Below the pieces are notes generated by a model. It was given only the letters and a program-made list of their open reading frames with translations, ran no database searches and had not been told where the DNA came from. From Nitrospirota bacterium (GTDB lineage: Bacteria > Nitrospirota > Thermodesulfovibrionia > UBA6902): a stretch of DNA of 64,000 nucleotides. The DNA lies in contig JACRLN010000015.1 in the NCBI GenBank assembly GCA_016215115.1, positions 22,741 to 86,740 on the forward strand, in the 5' to 3' direction. The position numbers and the translations under genes are program-made. Of the stretch, positions 51,700-61,191 are shown one piece after another (the stretch's first letter is position 1; the number at the start of each line of letters is the position of its first letter).

Positions 51700-53067
51700 T
51701 TACTCCACAGCAACGGATTTTTTCCCAAGTGTGAGAATATCAGTTACGAGTATTAACACGCCGACAAGAAAGCCGACTCCAAAAATAGCCCTGAATATCC
51801 AGAACCACAGATTATAGCTGGCTTTGACTGTCACATAATCAAGGCCGAGGAGACGTTCAAGATATGTCTGTACCATTCCGGCGCCAGTAATGGTTATCAC
51901 AATAAAGATCATTGAAATTGTCATCCACCAGAAAGACAGAAACCCTCTGGACTGGTTAAAATCTTTGACCCCCTTGATTGATGGCAGTGTTACATACATC
52001 ATCGCTACGATGAGAAGTACATATGCGCCATAAAATGCAAGATGTCCGTGTGCAGTGGTTATCTGTGTGCCGTGGGTCCATTGGTTTACCTGCGGCAGGG
52101 TATGTATTACACCCCACAGACCTGCGCCGACGAAATTAAATATCGCATGGGCTACAGTAAGATATAAGCCGATTTTGTTCTGTACAACGCCGCGTGTCTC
52201 CCTTGTGGTCCTGAAGGCGTCCCACACCATCAGTAATAAAGGTATCGGTTCAAGTGAGCTGAAAATACCGCCTACCCATAACCAGTATTTTGGCGTTCCG
52301 ATCCAGTAATAATGATGTCCGAGACCAAGTATGCCTGTGAACAGCACAAGTCCTGTCTCAATATACATCCATTTTGCAAGCACTTTTACATCAGCACCGA
52401 GAAGTTTGTGCAACATGAAAGCAAGCAACGCTGCTGCAATCAATTCCCATGAACCTTCAACCCAGAGATGCACTACCCACCACCACCAGAACTGGTCTTT
52501 CACCATGCTTTTTGTATAAAACATTCCCGGCAGGTACATCAGCGCCAGAAAAGTCAGACCGCCGAGAAGCACACCCTGGACCGCGGTAAATTTTTTTGTT
52601 TTAAAAACCGTCATGATACAATTAAACAAGAACAGGAGCACCGAGACAACTATCAGTATATCAGCCCATCTCGGAGCCTCTATATATTCTCTTCCTTCAT
52701 TCAATAAACGAGTCCCGAATACTTCCATGTTAGTCTGTGGATTTAAACCCATCACAATATACCCGACTACAACAGCGGTTACCGCGATAACGGTGGCCCA
52801 GAACTGCAAGTGTCCAAGGGGAATGCTCCATAATTCGGTTTCTGATTCTTCAGTGACTACATAATATGTAGCCCCCATCATGCCCATTAGCAGCCACACC
52901 ACGAGTGCATTAATATGCAAGGTCCTTATTGTGTTGAAGTTCAGAATAAAGAAATCCGGCCATATGAACTGAAGTGCGGCGACGATGCCGACGATAATCT
53001 GTACCAGAAAGAGCAGCACAGAGGCCGTGTAAAAATTGTGCGCTATCTGATGACTTTGATATTTCAT
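51700..53067 (-). CDS. norB: Nitric oxide reductase large subunit (cNOR)
   Basis: RTLHIN, GREYIE, VVHLWVEG, GHHYYWIG, AHGHLAFYG. Confidence 0.95.
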   Translation of the reverse strand: MKYQSHQIAHNFYTASVLLFLVQIIVGIVAALQFIWPDFFILNFNTIRTLHINALVVWLLMGMMGATYYVVTEESETELWSIPLGHLQFWATVIAVTAVVVGYIVMGLNPQTNMEVFGTRLLNEGREYIEAPRWADILIVVSVLLFLFNCIMTVFKTKKFTAVQGVLLGGLTFLALMYLPGMFYTKSMVKDQFWWWWVVHLWVEGSWELIAAALLAFMLHKLLGADVKVLAKWMYIETGLVLFTGILGLGHHYYWIGTPKYWLWVGGIFSSLEPIPLLLMVWDAFRTTRETRGVVQNKIGLYLTVAHAIFNFVGAGLWGVIHTLPQVNQWTHGTQITTAHGHLAFYGAYVLLIVAMMYVTLPSIKGVKDFNQSRGFLSFWWMTISMIFIVITITGAGMVQTYLERLLGLDYVTVKASYNLWFWIFRAIFGVGFLVGVLILVTDILTLGKKSVAVE

Positions 53068-53090
53068 AGTTCTCCCTCCATGTATAAAAT

Positions 53091-53762
53091 TTATTTCAAT
53101 GTAATTAAATATTCCCCGATCTGTCTAAGATCTTCATCGCTGAGATGGTGAAAGCTTGGCATTGCAGAATCAGGAACAACCGTATCAGGGTCTTTAAGAT
53201 GCCTTATATGCCACTCAACATCCGGTCTTACATTCCCAATGTGGGTGAGGTCAGGTCCTGCGGTGCCGCCTATGCCATTGATCTGATGACATGCTGAACA
53301 ATCATTTTTTTGAAAAAGCATCTGGCCTGTACTTGCAGTTTTACCGGAAATGGCGCCGGCAAGAATGGGTTTGGGAGGCCAGCCATTAGTATCCACTTTG
53401 TCCATCCAATCCAGAAATGCAATAAGATTGTCCGCCTCTTTTTCGGAAAGTCCCAGTTTTGGCATTGCAGAATTGGGTTTTATTGTGCGTGGGTCCATAA
53501 TGAATTTTTTCAGATATTCTTTCGGTTTGCGTTCAACAGCCTTTGTCAAATCAGGGGCAAAATATGAACCATTCCCTAAAATTGTATGACAGCCGATACA
53601 GTCATACTTATGCCACACCTTTTTCCCGGCATTCACCTGTTCCGTGATTTCCGGCGCCCTCTTGTCAAGCTTTCCCATTGTATCAACGGTGAGGATCACA
53701 AGAACAACGAAACAGAGAAGGCTGCCGTAGATAAATAAGTTTTTTGCAGCGTTTGTACTCAT
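53091..53762 (-). CDS. norC: Nitric oxide reductase cytochrome c subunit with an extra haem domain
   Basis: TM, CIGCHTILGNGSYFAPDL, and a second CSACH...GPDL...SAMP domain. Confidence 0.9.
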   Translation of the reverse strand: MSTNAAKNLFIYGSLLCFVVLVILTVDTMGKLDKRAPEITEQVNAGKKVWHKYDCIGCHTILGNGSYFAPDLTKAVERKPKEYLKKFIMDPRTIKPNSAMPKLGLSEKEADNLIAFLDWMDKVDTNGWPPKPILAGAISGKTASTGQMLFQKNDCSACHQINGIGGTAGPDLTHIGNVRPDVEWHIRHLKDPDTVVPDSAMPSFHHLSDEDLRQIGEYLITLK

Positions 53763-53855
53763 TGAGTAACCTCCTTATTATTATTTTGAAGTTAGAAAGA
53801 CATGGTTCATCTTTAAATTGATATTTTTTATACCTGATTCCTTTATATCCAGTAA

Positions 53856-53883
53856 ATGATTTACATCATATGATTTATATCAT
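53856..53883 (-). promoter_or_regulatory. Tandem CRP/FNR-type boxes upstream of norC
   Basis: ATGATTTACATCAT followed by ATGATTTATATCAT; the first is 23 bp from a TATAAA -10 (53827-53832). Confidence 0.7.
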
Positions 53884-53987
53884 ATACGCTATATATCATA
53901 TAAAAGTGATGTATGCAACCATATATAATTGCTCACAAGAGGTATAAAAAAAGTTCTTCTGGGAAAAGTGTGAATAAGCTAAACGCT

Positions 53988-54120
53988 GTCATTCCCGCGG
54001 TCTCCCCGATTACTACCTTCGGGGACAGGCTTAAGCGGGAATCCAGACGTCGTCCCTGCGAAGGCGGGGAACCAGAAAACAAAAACCTCTGGATTCCCGA
54101 TAAAAAACTTCGGGAATGAC
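53988..54120. repeat. Composite GTCATTCCCG REP cluster
   Basis: Several nested hairpins ending in gggaatgac. Confidence 0.75.
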
Positions 54121-54245
54121 GAGACGACACTTTGCATATATCTTGATTGATATAAATAGTTTATACCCACAGAAATGTCAGACGAAGGGAAAAAAGATAG
54201 CGATATGATCGCTCTGTAAAAAGCCGGACAGGCATAAATAGTTGT

Positions 54246-55082
54246 TTAAGACTGAAGGGCGCAGGTTGAGCAGGTCTCTCTAAATTTCACTCCTCTGCAC
54301 AACCGTGATACCCCTTGGTGACAGAGGGCGAAATCATATTTCAATGGATCTTCGGGGTCTAATTTCTTCAACGATTCAGTTATCTCTTTAGCGGTCTTCC
54401 AGTCCGAAGCCTTTCTTTTTGTCAAACCAAGACATCTTGAAATCCTTGCTATATGGGTGTCGAGAGGAATGATTAACTTAGAAGATGAGATTTTATTCCA
54501 GATACCAAAATCGATATCTTTAGTTCGGACCATCCATCTAAGAAACAGATTTAATCTTTTACACGCACTGCCGCTTTCAGGTGAGGGGAAAAACTGCTTC
54601 AACCCATTTGGCTTGATATTTCTGCCGTAAACCGGTGATGTGTCAATGTTCATAAAATAGTTTGCGAACTTCTCAAGCGCATATTTAATATCTTCCTGCT
54701 CCAGTTTGTAATAGTGATAGAAAATATTTTTCAGCGAGCCCCATTCTTTCAACGTATGGCTAATCATATAAACAAAGCAGAGGACGTCGTCTTCTTTATT
54801 GAATCTGTAGCTGATTCCCTGAAGATGCTTTTTATCTCCGCTCAGATTAAAGTCTTTAAAGAAACCTGCAGGATGTTTGCCGCCGGGTTTTAGAATTTTC
54901 TCTATTACAGACTTGAAAAGATCCACCTTCCCGTAAGCAAAACATGAGGCGATGAACCCTGCTATTTCTATATCATCCGGATTGGAATATTTATGAGGAA
55001 ATTCAATCGGATCATGCTTGATCCGTTTTTTAAAATTATATTCATTATAAAACTTATCAAGGGTCTTTTTGAGAGGATGCAT
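54246..55082 (-). CDS. TIGR02757/DUF2400 family (HhH-GPD-like) protein
   Basis: DPIEFPH, SACKRLNLFLRWMVR, PLDTH, DPLKYDFAL. Confidence 0.88.
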   Translation of the reverse strand: MHPLKKTLDKFYNEYNFKKRIKHDPIEFPHKYSNPDDIEIAGFIASCFAYGKVDLFKSVIEKILKPGGKHPAGFFKDFNLSGDKKHLQGISYRFNKEDDVLCFVYMISHTLKEWGSLKNIFYHYYKLEQEDIKYALEKFANYFMNIDTSPVYGRNIKPNGLKQFFPSPESGSACKRLNLFLRWMVRTKDIDFGIWNKISSSKLIIPLDTHIARISRCLGLTKRKASDWKTAKEITESLKKLDPEDPLKYDFALCHQGVSRLCRGVKFRETCSTCALQS

Positions 55083-55102
55083 AAGCTAATATTACCATAA
55101 TA

Positions 55103-55130
55103 GTAGGGGCAATTCATGAATTGCCCCTAC
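55103..55130. repeat. GTAG REP palindrome (intergenic)
   Basis: Identical to 38717-38744. Confidence 0.9.
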
Positions 55131-55213
55131 ATATTTTCTGGATTCCCGCCTTCGCGGGAATGACGAAAAAGCGGATATTATTTATACAGGTTTCACTAAT
55201 TGATCGAAATATT

Positions 55214-55242
55214 TTGACGAATAAAAAATTTACAACTATAAT
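55214..55242 (+). promoter_or_regulatory. sigma70 promoter of marC (leaderless)
   Basis: TTGACG-17 bp-TATAAT, with ATG 6 nt downstream. Confidence 0.7.
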
Positions 55243-55248
55243 CTACAT

Positions 55249-55836
55249 ATGCTTGAAGTCCTGAAAAACCTGCCGATGACGTTTATCCCCATTTTTGTTG
55301 CGATGGATGTTTTTGCCGTCCTTCCGATATTCATATCAGTTACCAGCGAGATCGCCGAGGATCAGAAAAAGATAGTTGTCAGACATTCGATAATTACAGC
55401 GCTGGCAGTAAGTCTTGCCTTTGTTGCCGTAGGAGAAGCGGTTTTCAGAATTTTAGGGATTACCGTTGATGACTTCAAGATAGCAGGCGGTCTGGTACTG
55501 CTTGTTATCGCCGTACTCGATCTCCTGAGGTATAGCGGAGAAAGGAGAAAGATAGAAGACACAATCGGCGTTGTTCCAATAGGAGTGCCTTTGATTGTAG
55601 GACCTGCGGTACTCACGACCCTGATAGTGCTTATTGACCACTACGGCGTCACACCGACAATAATATCTCTTATTATAAATCTGATAATAGTATGGGCGTC
55701 TTTTGTAAAGGCACAGGAGATAACCAGATTGATCGGCAAAAACGGCATTATTGCACTTTCAAAGGTAATGGCGATCCTCCTCGCGTCTATTGCAGTAATG
55801 ATGATACGTCTGGGGGTAACGAATTTTATAAAATAG
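55249..55836 (+). CDS. MarC-family membrane protein
   Basis: FKIAGGLVL, VVPIGVPLIVGPA; six TMs. Confidence 0.9.
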   Translation: MLEVLKNLPMTFIPIFVAMDVFAVLPIFISVTSEIAEDQKKIVVRHSIITALAVSLAFVAVGEAVFRILGITVDDFKIAGGLVLLVIAVLDLLRYSGERRKIEDTIGVVPIGVPLIVGPAVLTTLIVLIDHYGVTPTIISLIINLIIVWASFVKAQEITRLIGKNGIIALSKVMAILLASIAVMMIRLGVTNFIK

Positions 55837-55877
55837 CTGATAGCTGTCAGCTATCATCTGTCAGCTTTTGTAAAAAT

Positions 55878-56288
55878 ATGGAACTCATTGACGATCATTA
55901 CTGTTTTGTATGCGGGAAGAAAAATCCAATCGGGCTGAAACTGGATTTTTCTTTTGATGGAAAGACAATCACAACTGAATTTGTCCCTCAAAAGGAGCAT
56001 CAGGGATATTTTAACATCGTTCACGGCGGGATTATTTCTACCCTTCTTGACGAGGTGATGGTCAAACTTGCAATAGAAATGGGGATGCCCGCGGTTACTG
56101 CCCATATGAATATCCGTTTGAGAAAAGCGCTGAATGTTGGTGAGAAGATAACTGTTCAGGCAGAGATATTAAAAGATACGAAAAAGATTTTGGAAGTGTA
56201 TGCAAAAGCGGTAACGGAAGATAATGTGATCGTTGCTGATGCGACAGGGAAGCTGATGAAGATAAGTTCTGAGATCAAGACATTTTAA
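55878..56288 (+). CDS. PaaI-family thioesterase
   Basis: CFVCGKKNPIGL, HQGY...VHGGIISTLLDE. Confidence 0.88.
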   Translation: MELIDDHYCFVCGKKNPIGLKLDFSFDGKTITTEFVPQKEHQGYFNIVHGGIISTLLDEVMVKLAIEMGMPAVTAHMNIRLRKALNVGEKITVQAEILKDTKKILEVYAKAVTEDNVIVADATGKLMKISSEIKTF

Positions 56289-56318
56289 AATACCGCCGGT
56301 TCTATAACCTTTTGCTGT

Positions 56319-56386
56319 GTCATTCCGGCTTGACCGGAATCTTTCCTCTCTTAAAAGAAGAAGGATTCCCGACAAGCGGGAATGAC
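56319..56386. repeat. GTCATTCCGG...GGGAATGAC REP element
   Basis: Double hairpin; relatives at 34650-34707 and a half copy near 58111. Confidence 0.75.
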
Positions 56387-56419
56387 AGAATTGTGTAACT
56401 TCATTTATAGGACATATCC

Positions 56420-56824
56420 CTAATACCTTCCGCTGAAATAATCTTCGAGGATATGCCTGTGATCGAAGGCAATGTCTTCAGGGAGGGTTTCTCTTGTAAA
56501 AATCCCAACTTCCTTTGCATCGTCTGCCGCTACAGGCGTACCTGATGCTGTGGCAATGAAAATAGTGGATACTGTATGATGCCTTGGATCTCTTCCGGGA
56601 TTGGAGTATGTATGAAACTGCCTTATTAATTTAATATCAAGCCCTGTCTCTTCTTTTGCTTCACGGCGTACAGCATCCTCAAGGGATTCTCCATAATCAA
56701 CAAACCCCCCGGGGATGGCCCAGCCGGGTGGAGGGTTCTTTCTTTTGATAAGTATTATCCCTCCTTCTACTTCAATAATTGCATCGACCGTGACAACGGG
56801 ATTTCTCGGTTTGGTTTCCATCAT
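56420..56824 (-). CDS. NUDIX hydrolase
   Basis: Nudix box [24 protein letters not shown]; RDPR; AFDH. Confidence 0.93.
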   Translation of the reverse strand: MMETKPRNPVVTVDAIIEVEGGIILIKRKNPPPGWAIPGGFVDYGESLEDAVRREAKEETGLDIKLIRQFHTYSNPGRDPRHHTVSTIFIATASGTPVAADDAKEVGIFTRETLPEDIAFDHRHILEDYFSGRY

Positions 56825-56842
56825 GCAATTTAATAGCGACTA

Positions 56843-57070
56843 TTAGCTTTCAAAATCAAGATGAATATCTTTCTCAGGAGAAATGGTGGATATGGCATGT
56901 TTGTAGACAAGCTGCTGAACATCATTTTTCAGCAAGACCACGAACTTATCAAAACCTCTTATAAGGCCCTTTAAACGTGTCCCGTTTACGAGAAATATTG
57001 TAACCGGTATTTTCTCTTTTCTTACGTAATTTAAGAACAGGTCTTGAAGCTTATGCTCTGCATTGCTCAT
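56843..57070 (-). CDS. hfq: RNA chaperone Hfq
   Basis: [24 protein letters not shown]; follows miaA. Confidence 0.96.
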   Translation of the reverse strand: MSNAEHKLQDLFLNYVRKEKIPVTIFLVNGTRLKGLIRGFDKFVVLLKNDVQQLVYKHAISTISPEKDIHLDFES

Positions 57071-57127
57071 AGGTCTCCTTTATAAGGGTTTTATATCATT
57101 ACCCTTTCTCACCTCAATCAACTTTCA

Positions 57128-58078
57128 TTAAGAGTAAATCAATTCATTCAGAATTTCAACCTCATTAAGTACCTTTTCATATATAAAGGCTGAATCCATT
57201 ATGCCGGTTACGTCCACCCACTTTATGTCAGGTTCTTTCTTAAACCATGTAATCTGTCTTTTTGCATACATCCTTGTGTGCTTTTTCAACAGTCGAACAG
57301 CTTCTTCAAGCCCGATTTGTCCCTTTATGTAAAGCGACATTTCCTTGTATCCAAGTGCCTGCAGGGCTGTTCTGTCCGGGTTTAGTTCTAAAAGATTTTT
57401 TGTCTCATGCAAGAGACCTGCTTCTATCATTTTATCAACTCTATCTTCAATGAGTGTGTAAAGTTCTTTCCTGTCTCTCGAAAGTCCGATCTTAATAAAG
57501 TCATATGGTCCGGGTATTGTTGATGTAATATGTAATTCGGAAATAATTTTATTCCCCTGTACAGCCACTTCGATTGCCCGTATTATTCTCCTTGAATCAT
57601 TGGGATTGATTTTTACGGCTGCTTCAGCATCAATACCCTGAAGATGTTTATAAAGATACTCCTTGCCGTAAATCTGTTCCTCTTCCTTTAACTTCTCCCT
57701 TATTGACCAATCTGCCGAAGGACCTTCAAAGAGACCTTGCGTGAGCGACCTGATATATAGACCTGTGCCGCCGACAATTATGGGAATCTTATTCCTCACA
57801 TGTAAACCATTTACAATTTTCGTTGATTCTTCCTTAAACATCCCGGCGCTGAAAGTCTGGTCAGGAGACAAAATGTTGATTAAATGGTGAGGGACTTCCT
57901 TGAGTTCAACCGGAGAAGGTTTTGCAGTGCCTATGTCCATGTGCCGGTAGATCTGCATCGAATCAGCGCTGATGATTTCTGTTTTCAGCGCCTTTGCAAG
58001 AAGAATGGAAACGCCTGTCTTGCCTACGGCGGTAGGGCCGAGAAGGATGATGACGGGTTTATTTTGAATGAGACTCAT
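57128..58078 (-). CDS. miaA: tRNA dimethylallyltransferase
   Basis: GPTAVGKT, SADSMQIY, DIGTAKP, VGGTGLY, YAKRQITWF. Confidence 0.96.
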   Translation of the reverse strand: MSLIQNKPVIILLGPTAVGKTGVSILLAKALKTEIISADSMQIYRHMDIGTAKPSPVELKEVPHHLINILSPDQTFSAGMFKEESTKIVNGLHVRNKIPIIVGGTGLYIRSLTQGLFEGPSADWSIREKLKEEEQIYGKEYLYKHLQGIDAEAAVKINPNDSRRIIRAIEVAVQGNKIISELHITSTIPGPYDFIKIGLSRDRKELYTLIEDRVDKMIEAGLLHETKNLLELNPDRTALQALGYKEMSLYIKGQIGLEEAVRLLKKHTRMYAKRQITWFKKEPDIKWVDVTGIMDSAFIYEKVLNEVEILNELIYS

Positions 58079-58491
58079 ATTATTTATAGTTCAAACCGTA
58101 TCTTTTTGTTGTCATTCCGGCTTCTCCGGAATCTTTTCTCCATAGAGCATCCATTGAGAGCGATTTTCTTAGGATAACAAATTTGTATTTCAATAGGCAT
58201 GAAATCCTGTTTAACAGTTTTTGCTTGTGGAATATTTTCCTCATTCTTTAAGATCGCAAATTGCGACCTTAACACCAGACATGGGACAGCATCGGAAATA
58301 TCTATCATATGCATTTACCTAAGAGGAAGAGAAAGTTGATTCTTCTTGCCAACAATCCTGCGAAAGTGTTTAAATTTGGACTTCATTATCAATATGACAT
58401 GCCGCATATGGCTAAAATAGGGTAAAATGTTATAATTAAATCAGCATGGGGATATCTTTAGACCTTTAGTAAACTTTCCGATAAAATAATC

Positions 58492-59049
58492 ATGATGATT
58501 GAACACACCAGAGAAAAACTCATTAACGCGATAATTTATTTTCTTGACAAGACAAAGTTCTGCGGCAAGACTAAATTATTTAAGCTCCTTTACTACCTTG
58601 ATTTTATGCACTTTAGAGAGACTGGAAAGTCTGTTACAGGGCTTGATTATTTTGCATGGGATTTCGGTCCTGTTCCTGTGGATCTGTTTAAAGAAATGGG
58701 TAATCCTCCGGAAGATCTGAAGGAAAATATATTTATTCCAGCCAAGACTGATAAATCATTTATAGAGATGAAGCCAAAAAAGAAATTTGATGATAAATAT
58801 TTTACAAAAAGAGAATTGAGATTATTAGACAATATAGCTTTTATATTTAAAGAAGCCAAAGCAGAGAACATGATAGAGGCATCGCACCTGCCGAATCATC
58901 CATGGGATAAGACAATACAATCCAAAGGTGAACGGTCTAAGATCGATTATATTTTAGCCATTGATGATACGGATAAATCATTATCTTTAGATGAGGTTAA
59001 AGAAAGGTTAAAGGATAAAGAGGAAATAAAGAAAGCCTTTAATGGATAA
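58492..59049 (+). CDS. Panacea (SocA/DUF4065) domain antitoxin-like protein
   Basis: KTKLFKLLYYLDF, YFAWDFGPVP, SHLPNHPW. Confidence 0.85.
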   Translation: MMIEHTREKLINAIIYFLDKTKFCGKTKLFKLLYYLDFMHFRETGKSVTGLDYFAWDFGPVPVDLFKEMGNPPEDLKENIFIPAKTDKSFIEMKPKKKFDDKYFTKRELRLLDNIAFIFKEAKAENMIEASHLPNHPWDKTIQSKGERSKIDYILAIDDTDKSLSLDEVKERLKDKEEIKKAFNG

Positions 59050-59437
59050 GGGGACAATTCTTTTTCACAGGGCTCTTGAATTCAAGAACGGCGAAACTGG
59101 CAAAAAACTACTGATTATTCTTAATACTCCACAAAGTAGTGAACCGTTTCTTTGTTGTAAAACTACGTCCAAACAGAAGTATGGTTTGGATAAAGAGGGT
59201 TGTTATAGCAGTAAGAACATATATGTTTTAAATCCGGCAAAAAATTGTTTTCCTGATAAAACTTGGGTACAATTTCACGAGATATATGAGTTTAATAATC
59301 ACTCATTCCTTCAGGCACATTTCAAAAAAGATCTCGATATTAAAGGCAAGCTGCCAATCAACATAATAAATGCAATAGTTAAATGCGTTAGAAATTCTGA
59401 CGACGTATTAAAATATCATTTGAGCCTGTTAAGATAG
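59042..59437 (+). CDS. Hypothetical protein, candidate toxin (PemK/MazF-like pattern)
   Basis: Overlaps the Panacea gene by 8 nt; KGTIL...GKKLLIIL...KTTSK pattern. Confidence 0.6.
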   Translation: MDKGTILFHRALEFKNGETGKKLLIILNTPQSSEPFLCCKTTSKQKYGLDKEGCYSSKNIYVLNPAKNCFPDKTWVQFHEIYEFNNHSFLQAHFKKDLDIKGKLPINIINAIVKCVRNSDDVLKYHLSLLR

Positions 59438-59450
59438 TTGAGCAAAAATT

Positions 59451-61163
59451 CTATTTCCTCTTAAACATCTTCTTTAAATCATCAAGCGAAAGAAAAACCC
59501 TCGTAGGCCGTCCGTGCGGACATTTATAAGGCTCGTCTGTTTTATCAAGATCGGACATCATCTTTGAGAGTTCAGCATTATTCAGATACTCACTTCCTCT
59601 AACAGAATTGTGGCAGGCAAGCTTTGCTGCGATGTTTTTTAAAAGGTTTTGTCCGGTCACTTCTCCCTTTATGCCGATCGTTTCTTCTTCAATAATACCT
59701 GCTGCTACGTCTATAAGAAGCCCTCTTATGTCCGCTTTATGAAGTTCTCCGGGCAGCGACCTCACGATCACATTATTGCCGCCGAAATCATCAATTTCAA
59801 GTCCAAATCCCTCAAGCAGCCCTCTATTTTTGATTATTATGTGATATTCGCCGACAGGCAATTCAATCCTCAAAGGAAGAAAAAGCGATACTGCTTCGAT
59901 AGAAGTTTTTTTTAAAAACTTTTCGTAAAGTATCCTTTCGTGTGATGCATGCTGGTCAATGATAAACAGGCCGTTCTTTGTGACCGTTGCAAAAAACGAT
60001 TCTCCAATGTGGAAGAACGGCTGCACATCATGTGTAATTCCTTCAGAGAAGATATCAGTCTGTGAGGTATTAATAAAATCTGCGACTTGCTCTCTTACTG
60101 CCGGATTCTCAGAAAAGCCGTAAGGATACAAGGATATAGTTCGATTCGCCGGCAAGGGAAGATTCTCTCTCCGAATATCCGGATTCAATGCTTCATACAC
60201 TGCTGTTTCAACTATTCTGTGGATTTCATCAGGGGTCTCAAATCTGACTTCACGTTTTGCAGGATGGACATTAACATCAACTTTATTGTGATCAATATCG
60301 AGAAAGATAAAATATGCCGGATGCCTGTCCCTGGGGATCAGGTCGCTATAGGCCTTATATACTGCATGATTAATAGTAGGATTTTTCACAGGACGTTTAT
60401 TTACAAATATATATTGATGGCTTTTCCCGGCCCTTGTGAAATTTGCGCCGGAGATAAACCCGTAAATCTTTAATCCCCTTCCTTCCTTTACTACTTCGAG
60501 GAATTCTCCGGCTAATTCATTACCATAAAGCTGGGCAAACCTTTCTTTTAGACTTGATACAGCAGATACATTCAAAAGCTCACTATTGTTGTGTGTGAGA
60601 GAAAATGATATTGCCGGATATGCAAAGGCCTTTTGCATTACAATCTCAATGATATGAGAAAGCTCTGTAGGGTTACTTTTTAAAAATTTCCTTCTGGCCG
60701 GGGTATTGTAAAAAATATCCCTTATCTCAACAGTGGTCCCCATCAGAGGAGGCGCATCCGTTATCTCTTTTTTCTGGCTTACCCCGATTTCTATTTTAAC
60801 TCCCGACTCAGAATTAACGGTTGATGTGGTCAGCGTAATCTTCGAGACAGAGGCTATGGCCGGCAACGCCTCACCTCTGAAACCAAGCGTGGATATATCA
60901 AAAAGGTCGTCTTCAGATTTAATCTTGCTCGTTGCATGTCTTTCAAAGCACCGCAGGGCATCATCTCTTTCCATGCCGGTTCCATTGTCAGACACCTTTA
61001 TGAGTTTCTTCCCGCCGTACAAAACTTCAATATCTATCTGTGTTGCAGCGGCGTCTACTGAGTTATCTATAAGTTCCCTGACTATAGAGGCAGGCCGCTC
61101 GATCACTTCACCGGCGGCGATTTTGTTAATTAGGATGTCGGGAAGAACACTTATTTTTGACAT
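59451..61163 (-). CDS. mutL: DNA mismatch repair protein MutL
   Basis: IAAGEVIERP, HATSK, GFRGEAL, DVNVHPAK, DQHASHER, CPHGRP. Confidence 0.97.
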   Translation of the reverse strand: MSKISVLPDILINKIAAGEVIERPASIVRELIDNSVDAAATQIDIEVLYGGKKLIKVSDNGTGMERDDALRCFERHATSKIKSEDDLFDISTLGFRGEALPAIASVSKITLTTSTVNSESGVKIEIGVSQKKEITDAPPLMGTTVEIRDIFYNTPARRKFLKSNPTELSHIIEIVMQKAFAYPAISFSLTHNNSELLNVSAVSSLKERFAQLYGNELAGEFLEVVKEGRGLKIYGFISGANFTRAGKSHQYIFVNKRPVKNPTINHAVYKAYSDLIPRDRHPAYFIFLDIDHNKVDVNVHPAKREVRFETPDEIHRIVETAVYEALNPDIRRENLPLPANRTISLYPYGFSENPAVREQVADFINTSQTDIFSEGITHDVQPFFHIGESFFATVTKNGLFIIDQHASHERILYEKFLKKTSIEAVSLFLPLRIELPVGEYHIIIKNRGLLEGFGLEIDDFGGNNVIVRSLPGELHKADIRGLLIDVAAGIIEEETIGIKGEVTGQNLLKNIAAKLACHNSVRGSEYLNNAELSKMMSDLDKTDEPYKCPHGRPTRVFLSLDDLKKMFKRK

Positions 61164-61191
61164 ACCTGATTATATTACAACAACCTCGCCC

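Noticed and set aside
58084-58314. 76-aa minus-strand ORF
   Set aside because: No recognisable motif and its 3' end is REP sequence; at most a gene remnant.
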